Shown in pieces: positions 25,311 through 31,505 of a DNA stretch of 64,000 nt (position 1 is its first letter; every line of letters starts with the position of its first letter). Source of the DNA: Elusimicrobiota bacterium (GTDB lineage Bacteria > Elusimicrobiota > Elusimicrobia > Elusimicrobiales > UBA9959); assembly GCA_027340875.1 (NCBI GenBank), contig DAIENX010000007.1, positions 10,750 to 74,749 on the forward strand, read 5' to 3'. The notes beneath the pieces were generated by a model. It saw only the letters and a program-made list of their open reading frames with translations, made no database searches and was not told where the DNA came from. The translations under genes and the position numbers were made by a program.

Positions 25311-26434
25311 GCGACGCACCTCCCGGAACGGACCGGCTTCAACGCCGAGAAACCCCTGGCCATCACGGTCCATATCCTGGCTCCGCGGCAGGCCGGGCCC
25401 AGCCGGCAGCGTCGGCAGGCGGAACCCTTCACGGTCAGCCTCTCCGCTATGAAGAACTCGGCCACCTTCATCAGGCCGGCCCTTGGCGTTATCTTTTTCA
25501 CGGCCCTCCGCTTCTCCGGCAGGCAGGCCGGCGCCGGGACCGTCTTAAGGGAACCTTCCGCCCGCAGCAGCTCGAGGTCCGAGCAGAACTGTGCCATCAC
25601 GCAGGACGCGCACCGCGCCCCCTTGCAGTGCATCTCCTCTCCGGCGTACAGGAAGGCCTCCAGCGGCCGGCGCATCCCCCGCACCTCGTCCATCAGCTTG
25701 CCGGGGTGCTGTATATACCGCTCGTTGCCCTCCAGCACTGCGGCGGGGAAGCGGTTCGTCCAGACGTGGGCGTTGACGGATTCGGAGAAGCGGAACACCT
25801 TTTCCAGCACCTTCCTCTTGGAAGCCGGGTCATAGGAAAGTTTCTTCCAGTTCTCCCACGCCCTGCCGAAAGGTATCAGGTTCAGCAGGTCGTACTCGTC
25901 CACGCCGAGGCGGTGCAGCAGGCCGACTATCTCGCGGACGGAGTCGGCGTTAAGCCTGTTCACCACGATGTCGCTGCTGACTATCAGGCCCGGCACCTTC
26001 TTGGCGTTGGCGATGGCCAGCAGGGTCTGCGCGAAAGCGCCGGGGACCCCGACCAGCGCGTCGTGCTGCCCGGAGGTGGCCCCGTGCACGGAGAACGTTA
26101 TCTCGGTGAGCCCGGCGGCCACAGCGCGCTTCAGAAAGCCATCGTAGCAGAACATCCGCCCGTTGCTGATGGCCTGCACGTGGGTATAGCCGAGCTTCCT
26201 CGCCTTCGCCACTATGGCCGTGAATTTGGGGTGTATCGTGGGCTCTCCGCCGCTCAGCACCACCCGGCGGCAGCCCTCCGCCCGGCCCCGCCTCAGGTCG
26301 GCCTCTATCTCTCCGAGCGGCAGATGTTCGCCGCAGATGGAGTCCGCGTCCAGACAGAAAAGGCAGCGGTTGTTGCAGGCCCTGGTCAGCCTGACCCATT
26401 TCCGCTTTTCCGGGGCGGCGGTTCTTTCCGTCAT
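25307..26434 (-). CDS. Radical SAM protein, CX2CX5C family paralogue with an additional CX4CX2CX5C motif
   Basis: The track ORF is 5'-extended. The ATG at 26434 lies 4 nt after the upstream TAG. LTRACNNRCLFC, LSGGEPTIHPKF, ISNG, SVHGATSGQHDALVGVPGAF. PFGRAWENWKKLS is shared with 18235-19122. Also CKGARCASCVMAQFC and CRRCRLGPAC. Confidence 0.85.
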   Translation of the reverse strand: MTERTAAPEKRKWVRLTRACNNRCLFCLDADSICGEHLPLGEIEADLRRGRAEGCRRVVLSGGEPTIHPKFTAIVAKARKLGYTHVQAISNGRMFCYDGFLKRAVAAGLTEITFSVHGATSGQHDALVGVPGAFAQTLLAIANAKKVPGLIVSSDIVVNRLNADSVREIVGLLHRLGVDEYDLLNLIPFGRAWENWKKLSYDPASKRKVLEKVFRFSESVNAHVWTNRFPAAVLEGNERYIQHPGKLMDEVRGMRRPLEAFLYAGEEMHCKGARCASCVMAQFCSDLELLRAEGSLKTVPAPACLPEKRRAVKKITPRAGLMKVAEFFIAERLTVKGSACRRCRLGPACRGARIWTVMARGFSALKPVRSGRCVA

Positions 26435-26438
26435 AGTT

Positions 26439-27386
26439 CTATCCAAGAAGTATCCTCTCTGCCAGCCTGTCCGCGGCCATCCCGCCGGCCACGGCCTTGG
26501 CCCCGAAAAGCTTCTTCGCCATGCCGGAGTAATCAGGACGGCGTCCGCTCCCGGCGCCCAGAGCCTCCAGCCCGCCGGCCAGCATCTGCGCGGCCTGGCC
26601 CGGGTCCCTCGCGGCAAGGACGAGGTTGGAGTGATAGCACCTGCCGTCAGTGTCCACCGTGGTCCCGGGATTGAAAAGCGGCACCGGGCCTTCGCGCGAG
26701 GCGTTCTCGATGACAACGGCCCCGGAATCGGCCAGTTCCCTGATATGCCTCAGCGCCCTGGCGAGCTTGGCGAGGGCGGCCGGCGTCCATTCCCGGTAAT
26801 AGGCCGGCAGGACGTTGACCCTGGGCGGTCGTCCGCGCGAAGCGGCTATCACGCGCTTCAGGACCCCGAGCGAAGAAAGCGGGTCGCGCTCGGGCAGCAG
26901 CAGGTTCCAGATCAGGTTGGGCAGGGCCGCGAACCTGCGGCTGACGCTCACCGAGGAGTTAATGTTCACCTGCACCCACGGCCGGGCCGAGAAATACCGG
27001 AGCTTCGCCGCGTCCAGCAGCAGGCCGTTCGTGCCCACCTCCGCGCGGCCGCGGTAGCCGGCCGCCTCCAGCATGCCTATGCCAGTCCTCACCAGCCCGA
27101 AGCGCAGCAGCGGCTCCCCGCCGAAAAACTTGACCGCGCCGCCCCCCAGGGCGGCGGAACAATACTGCTTTATAGCGCTTTTCAGGACCGCCGCGGGCAT
27201 GTCCGCCCGCCCGGTCGCGACGGGACATTCGGGGCACGCCGACTGGCAGCGCCGGGTGAGGATAAGGGTCAGCTGCGGGGCCGGCGCGCCCCCGCGGCAG
27301 GCCGGAAGGGCCGAGTTACTGGCCCTTCGCCGGTTCCTTTCCTTTGGTCTGCTTGCCCTGCGGCTGTACGCCCATCCTCTTGTCAT
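26439..27386 (-). CDS. Radical SAM-like protein (divergent, GGEPLL type)
   Basis: LILTRRCQSACPEC (CX3CX2C), FFGGEPLLRFG, GTNGLLLD. It lacks the CX2CX5C tail. The ATG at 27386 overlaps the upstream gene by 71 nt and I found no better start, so the start is uncertain. Confidence 0.65.
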   Translation of the reverse strand: MTRGWAYSRRASRPKERNRRRASNSALPACRGGAPAPQLTLILTRRCQSACPECPVATGRADMPAAVLKSAIKQYCSAALGGGAVKFFGGEPLLRFGLVRTGIGMLEAAGYRGRAEVGTNGLLLDAAKLRYFSARPWVQVNINSSVSVSRRFAALPNLIWNLLLPERDPLSSLGVLKRVIAASRGRPPRVNVLPAYYREWTPAALAKLARALRHIRELADSGAVVIENASREGPVPLFNPGTTVDTDGRCYHSNLVLAARDPGQAAQMLAGGLEALGAGSGRRPDYSGMAKKLFGAKAVAGGMAADRLAERILLG

Positions 27387-28365
27387 CTTCAGCCTTCTGC
27401 TTTACCATGTCGGCCATTATCTTGTGGCGGAACGAGCTCGTGCAGTAGCCGGTGGCGAGCTTCTTGGCCAAAGGTGCGCAAACCGACGGGTCCCTGGACT
27501 GCAGCACGTGGAGCAGCCATTTCTCGTCCGGGGTGGAATCCCCCCTCACCAGCGCGGCGCTGAGCTGGCATTCTTTCTTCCGCGGGCCGCTCAGTTTGCC
27601 GCAGGCCGCCCGCCCGTTGATGAACAGGAAGTTGGATTCGCAGTTGGGCGGCAGACCGAGCGAGCGGCACTCCGGGGTCCGCCTCTTCGCGATAGAGTCG
27701 GTAATGAACCGACAGAAGTCGGGGCTGGGACGCCCCCCCCTGAACGCGTTGTTAACGAACTTCTCGCATTTCCCGTCGTTCGTCTTCCTGTTCAGGGCCG
27801 AATACATGAAATCGTAGTAATCGGCGGCGAAACAGACCCTCTCCAGGTTCTGCTGGACGCAGTCGAGACGGCCACCGCTGATAAGCCGGCAGACGCCGTA
27901 GTCCAGGAAGAGATCGAGTATAGTCTCATCCTCGGGCATGTTGCTGTTGGTATTGAAGAAGAACCGGAAGTTCTTGTCGAAATGCCTGACGATAGCGTCC
28001 GGGTTGTCCGAGAAGGCCTTTATACAGTCGCTGTCGGCCGCGTTCACCGGGACGTCCTCTGGCTGGGAATAATACCCGCCGGAGGCGCTTTCGTACTGGC
28101 CGCTCTGGGGGATATTGCTCTGGGTATCGGTCGACGCCTGGCTGACCAGCGCGGCGGCGTCCGGAGGAAGCGCCTGGCCGACCTCCTGTTGCTGGGCCGC
28201 GGGGTAGGCCGGAGCCGCCGGCTGCTCGATGCCTATCTTCGCGGCGTTCCTGTCGGTGACCATCTTCAGGGCGAAAAGCACGCCCATCAGCGCCACCAGC
28301 AGGCCGATAAGCAGCTTCGGGGACATCGCCCCGGGTCTGTAGCCTTTCCTCATCGCGCTCACCAT
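27316..28365 (-). CDS. Membrane-anchored or exported Cys-rich protein, paralogous to the C-terminal domain of 7373-8779
   Basis: N-terminal helix LLIGLLVALMGVLFAL, then a low-complexity linker, then about 230 aa with about 13 Cys. MPEDETILDLFLDYGVCRLISGGRLDC aligns with MPEQHLWDALAEYGVCVSLSKGSLEGC. DPSVCAPLAKKL aligns with PEACAPLSEKI. ATG 28353 is an alternative start. Confidence 0.7.
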   Translation of the reverse strand: MVSAMRKGYRPGAMSPKLLIGLLVALMGVLFALKMVTDRNAAKIGIEQPAAPAYPAAQQQEVGQALPPDAAALVSQASTDTQSNIPQSGQYESASGGYYSQPEDVPVNAADSDCIKAFSDNPDAIVRHFDKNFRFFFNTNSNMPEDETILDLFLDYGVCRLISGGRLDCVQQNLERVCFAADYYDFMYSALNRKTNDGKCEKFVNNAFRGGRPSPDFCRFITDSIAKRRTPECRSLGLPPNCESNFLFINGRAACGKLSGPRKKECQLSAALVRGDSTPDEKWLLHVLQSRDPSVCAPLAKKLATGYCTSSFRHKIMADMVKQKAEDDKRMGVQPQGKQTKGKEPAKGQ

Positions 28366-28655
28366 TGCCCGTGGCTGCCGTGCGAACCGTGCGAACCGTG
28401 CGAGCCGTGGCTGCTGTGCGAACCGTGCGAACCGTGCGAGGCGTGACTCACGTGGCCCGACGCGTTGCCGCTGCTGTGGAAGTAGTTTGCATGCGCTAGC
28501 GCGTCAGCGTGCTCTGTCACCACTCCGACGGCGGTGGCTACCAGTCCGAGGACGACCGCGGCCTTGACCACGTCGCTCTTGACTATCTTGCCCTCCTCGC
28601 TCGAAAGGAAGCGGGAAAGGTCTACCGACAGTTTCTTTTTCTGTTTTCCGGCCAT
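28359..28655 (-). CDS. Small membrane-anchored His-Xaa-Ser repeat protein (HxsA-like candidate rSAM substrate)
   Basis: Size is 98 aa, with a basic N-terminus and one hydrophobic helix (AAVVLGLVATAVGVV). The C-terminus holds nine consecutive H-x-S triplets: HVS HAS HGS HGS HSS HGS HGS HGS HGS, then HGQW. It lies 19 nt downstream of an rSAM/SPASM gene. Confidence 0.7.
   Translation of the reverse strand: MAGKQKKKLSVDLSRFLSSEEGKIVKSDVVKAAVVLGLVATAVGVVTEHADALAHANYFHSSGNASGHVSHASHGSHGSHSSHGSHGSHGSHGSHGQW
28369..28449 (-). repeat. Coding tandem repeat, 9-nt period nested in a 36-nt duplication, encoding (S-H-G)n
   Basis: The plus strand reads ccgtggctg ccgtgcgaa ccgtgcgaa ccgtgcgag, then a repeat of the same 36 nt with one mismatch (28369-28404 versus 28405-28440), then one degenerate unit. 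Confidence 0.9.
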
Positions 28656-28674
28656 ATTTCGCCCCGTTCTCGGT

Positions 28675-30144
28675 CTATACGTGTATCCCGGCCGCTCCGG
28701 CGCTGCTGCCGGCCCAGGATTCGAACAGCTTCCTAACCTTCGGCTCGCGCAGCCGCGCGAACAGGTAGTCCATCACTCCGGTGTAGATCTCGCACCGGAA
28801 GTTGGGATGATGCATGTACAGGTCGTTGTGCTCCGAATAGTTGAAGACCGGGCATACGCCGCAGTAGGGCTTGTAGACGCAGGAGGAGCAGAGCGTCTGT
28901 ATGTCCGTGACCGACGCGGTGACCACGCATTTCACCACTGAGCTCGACGCCAGGTCCGCGTAGGTCTCCTTCTTCAGGTCGCCCATGCAGAACGAATCGG
29001 TCCCCTCCGCCGCCAGCATGCGCCCCTCGTCGCAGGTGAAGACGCGGCCGTCGTAGTCGTAGGCGATCTGGCCTATCCCCGCCCCGCAGGGGGACCGGAG
29101 GTCCATGAAGTTCGGGTCGGTGCCGGTCAGGATCTTCCTCAGGAATATCCTGGCCGTGTGCTCGACCAGGGAGGCCTTCTTCTTCAGGTTCAGCTCTATG
29201 ATGTAGTCCAGCGCCTTCGTGTAGAACTCTATGTACTCCCGCGCCGTGTAGCCTATCCCAGGCCAGGCCTTCTTCGCCGCGCCGAACGGATTGAGGAAGC
29301 GCAGGAAGATGGAGCGGGCGCCGATGCGGACGTATTCGTCCACTATGTCCTTGTGGCGCCCCAGGGACTGCTGCGTCACCGTGAGCAGGGCGTCCGGCCC
29401 GTTCTTGGTCCTGGCCGTGCGCTTCTTGATGGTCTTCCACCACTTCACGACCTGGGCGTGGCTGCTGCCGCCGGTGGCCACCCGGTTCTTGTCGTGCAGG
29501 TCGGCGGGACCGTCCAGCGAGGTGCAGATGGCGACGTTGTGCTTGAGCAGGAAGTTCAGCCTCTCTCCGGTCATGGCCGACAGGTTGGTGACCAGGCTCA
29601 GGCTCACCTTCTTATCGAAGGTCTTCGTGCGGGCGGCGGCCTCGTTGACCACGAACTCCAGCACGGGCCAGTTGAGCAGCGGCTCCCCGCCCTGGAACTC
29701 TATGGTGATGTTGTCGGCCGGGGAAGCGAAGATGGCGTCCAGCACCCTGGAGGCCGTCTCCCTGTTCATGTCCAGGCCGCGGCCGCTCCTCTTGGACGAG
29801 GCGTGGCAATACACGCAGTCGTGGTTGCAGCGCCGCGTCAGCACGGCTATGTGCAGCGCCGGGCCGGAGAAGAGGAAATGGTTCTTCTCGAGCCACCTCT
29901 CGGCCAGGCCGGAAAAGTCCATGTAGTCGCGGACGAGGCCCTTGCGGGAGAGGTCCTTGTACTCAGCCGAGTCCTTGTCCAGCTTGCCGGCCGCCAGCCG
30001 CGAGAAGACATCGCCGGAGATGAAGGCGTGCTCGCCTATGTCGTTGGTGACCAGGTATTCGTCGCCCCACTTCTTGTAGCGCAGAAAACCGGTCTTCTTC
30101 GGGTCGAAGTCAATTCTTTCTTTTTGCTTTTCTGGCCTTCGCAT
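28675..30144 (-). CDS. Radical SAM/SPASM peptide-maturase-like protein (HxsB-like)
   Basis: LTRRCNHDCVYCHAS (CX3CX2C), FQGGEPLL, VTNLS, SLDGPADLHDKNR. SPASM-type cysteines are present (RSPCGAGIGQIAYDYDGRVFTCDEG, then CSSCVYKPYCGVCPVFNY). An N-terminal extension of about 105 aa precedes the core. Confidence 0.9.
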   Translation of the reverse strand: MRRPEKQKERIDFDPKKTGFLRYKKWGDEYLVTNDIGEHAFISGDVFSRLAAGKLDKDSAEYKDLSRKGLVRDYMDFSGLAERWLEKNHFLFSGPALHIAVLTRRCNHDCVYCHASSKRSGRGLDMNRETASRVLDAIFASPADNITIEFQGGEPLLNWPVLEFVVNEAAARTKTFDKKVSLSLVTNLSAMTGERLNFLLKHNVAICTSLDGPADLHDKNRVATGGSSHAQVVKWWKTIKKRTARTKNGPDALLTVTQQSLGRHKDIVDEYVRIGARSIFLRFLNPFGAAKKAWPGIGYTAREYIEFYTKALDYIIELNLKKKASLVEHTARIFLRKILTGTDPNFMDLRSPCGAGIGQIAYDYDGRVFTCDEGRMLAAEGTDSFCMGDLKKETYADLASSSVVKCVVTASVTDIQTLCSSCVYKPYCGVCPVFNYSEHNDLYMHHPNFRCEIYTGVMDYLFARLREPKVRKLFESWAGSSAGAAGIHV

Positions 30145-30571
30145 TTTTGTTTTCTTCCCACGGTATGGCTATTCCCAGAGCATCGGTCTTGTAGTCGCCG
30201 CTCTCCGCCTCTTTCAGCAGCTTCTCGATCTCCTTCTCCAGCTCCGCGTCCAGCACCGGGGCGGCGGCCGCCGGTTCCGCGGGTCTGGGCTGCGCGGAAA
30301 GAAGGGCCCTGACCACTATCCTCTCGCGCAGGGCCTGGTTCACGGCCGAGACCTTGAGGCGGAAAGCGTGGTGCAGCAGTTCGTTGCGGAACTCGCCCTC
30401 CAGGTCGCGGCCCGCCGGGAACTTGCCGTTCTTGGACTCCAGCACGGCCGAGAGAGCGCCGCCCTTGTCCTTGCCCAGCTTCACGTACGCGGCCTTGGAG
30501 AACGTGTATGCCGCGGCATAGACGCACTCGATAGGGTAAACGGAAAGATCTATCTTCACCTGTATTTTCAT
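30110..30571 (-). CDS. Small hypothetical protein, possible HxsD-like accessory protein
   Basis: Size is 153 aa. GAGGA SD lies 5 nt upstream of ATG 30571. The 3' end overlaps the start of the rSAM/SPASM gene by 35 nt. ELLHHAFRLKV is loosely reminiscent of the LLNDYxLRE signature I recall for HxsD. The C-terminus is acidic then basic. Confidence 0.55.
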   Translation of the reverse strand: MKIQVKIDLSVYPIECVYAAAYTFSKAAYVKLGKDKGGALSAVLESKNGKFPAGRDLEGEFRNELLHHAFRLKVSAVNQALRERIVVRALLSAQPRPAEPAAAAPVLDAELEKEIEKLLKEAESGDYKTDALGIAIPWEENKNAKARKAKRKN

Positions 30572-30590
30572 GCTGATCCTCTAACGCAGT

Positions 30591-31154
30591 TTATCTCAAC
30601 CTGCAGCAAAGCATTTCGCCAGTAGCCTGTATACCGCCGGGAGGGCCCATCTGGTACATCTGGTTGCCGACGCGGGCGGCCACTACGGCGGTCTTGGCGC
30701 CGAGACACATCGTGACGACGCCGTAAGAATAGCTCTGCCAGGAACAGTCCAGCGGGACCGTCGGGTCGGACCAGCGGGCCAGGCCGTTGCCGTCCGAGGT
30801 AAGCAGCCGGCCGTTGGCCTGCGTGCCGTCCTGCAGCTCGAAGCTGCCGACCACGTGGAGTTTTGCGGCCGGGGAAGGGGTGCCTATTCCAACATTGCCG
30901 CCGTCCCTGGCCAGCAGGGTCTGGCTGGTGGTAAGTATGCTGACGTAGCCGCCGTAGGGGGCAGGGTAATAAGTGGTCAGCGTAAGCGTCTCGGAGCCGA
31001 TGAAGCCCGGATGCCAGCAGATGAACATGAGGGCCATCAGCGCCACCACCGTCTTCCGGTGCGTCCTGCCGAGCCTGTCCAGCCAGGCAGGCAGGCCGGG
31101 CTGGTGAAGCCAGTCCAGCGAGAACCTTATAACGATATCGCGGTTATTTTTCAT
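30591..31154 (-). CDS. Membrane-anchored surface protein with a tail-fibre-like YYP-x-P-x-G-x-Y / GNVGIGT motif
   Basis: Start taken at ATG 31154 (MKNNRDIV). Hydrophobic helix VVALMALMFICW. TLTTYYPAPYGGYVSILTT, then GGNVGIGTPSPAAKLHVVG, a pattern common in phage tail-fibre and endosialidase-chaperone-like proteins. The tail is Cys-containing. This is the first gene after the promoter and leader. Confidence 0.6.
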   Translation of the reverse strand: MKNNRDIVIRFSLDWLHQPGLPAWLDRLGRTHRKTVVALMALMFICWHPGFIGSETLTLTTYYPAPYGGYVSILTTSQTLLARDGGNVGIGTPSPAAKLHVVGSFELQDGTQANGRLLTSDGNGLARWSDPTVPLDCSWQSYSYGVVTMCLGAKTAVVAARVGNQMYQMGPPGGIQATGEMLCCRLR

Positions 31155-31340
31155 AGTCGCCGCCCCCGATAAGCGCGAAAAGCACATCCTTGCGCAACGG
31201 CCCCTACGGTCGGGACGCGTTGCATATCACACGGACCGCCACGGGCTTGCTCCCATGGCACTCACCGATCCGGATTTCGTTCGCGCGCCTACGCGCATGC
31301 TAGCCATCCGCCGGCTTACGCCGGCGATACTTCGACTATA
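31155..31340 (-). promoter_or_regulatory. Long structured 5' leader (candidate cis-regulatory RNA) of the 24-kb gene train
   Basis: About 185 nt lie between the predicted -10 and ATG 31154. Minus-strand hairpins include CGCCGGC-GUAA-GCCGGCG (a GNRA loop), UGCGCG-UAGG-CGCGCG, GCCAUGGG-AGCAAG-CCCGUGGC, and a 12-bp bulged helix UGCAACGCGUCCC...GGGGCCGUUGCG. I could not recognise a known riboswitch class. Confidence 0.3.
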
Positions 31341-31346
31341 TTATTA

Positions 31347-31375
31347 ATTATAGCAGAAATCTTTCCGATTTTCAA
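31347..31375 (-). promoter_or_regulatory. Near-consensus sigma70 promoter for the long minus-strand operon
   Basis: The minus strand reads TTGAAA (31375-31370), a 17-nt spacer, then TATAAT (31352-31347). It sits in an AT-rich island inside otherwise GC-rich DNA. Confidence 0.6.
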
Positions 31376-31505
31376 TGGGAGCCGCCTTCAGCCGCGGCCG
31401 CTGGAGGGACCGCCCGTCCCGGACAGGCTCCAGGGCAGAAAAGCCCGGCAGGCCCATGTGCAGGAGGTCCCGGCATTACCGGGGGCCAGCGATCAGGCAG
31501 ACCCC

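Noticed and set aside
28369-28449. A regular short repeat array, which could be mistaken for a CRISPR-like or minisatellite element.
   Set aside because: The period is only 9 nt, there are no spacers, and it lies in frame inside a CDS encoding (SHG)n. I saw no cas genes. It is a coding tandem repeat.
31155-31340. I considered a cobalamin, ZTP, fluoride or c-di-GMP riboswitch for the structured leader.
   Set aside because: I could not find the diagnostic cores. There is no B12 box GCCACUG and no GGGAA...CUGU core, and no pfl-type CCGGGCGGA...CCGCCUGG arrangement. I report it only as an unclassified structured leader.
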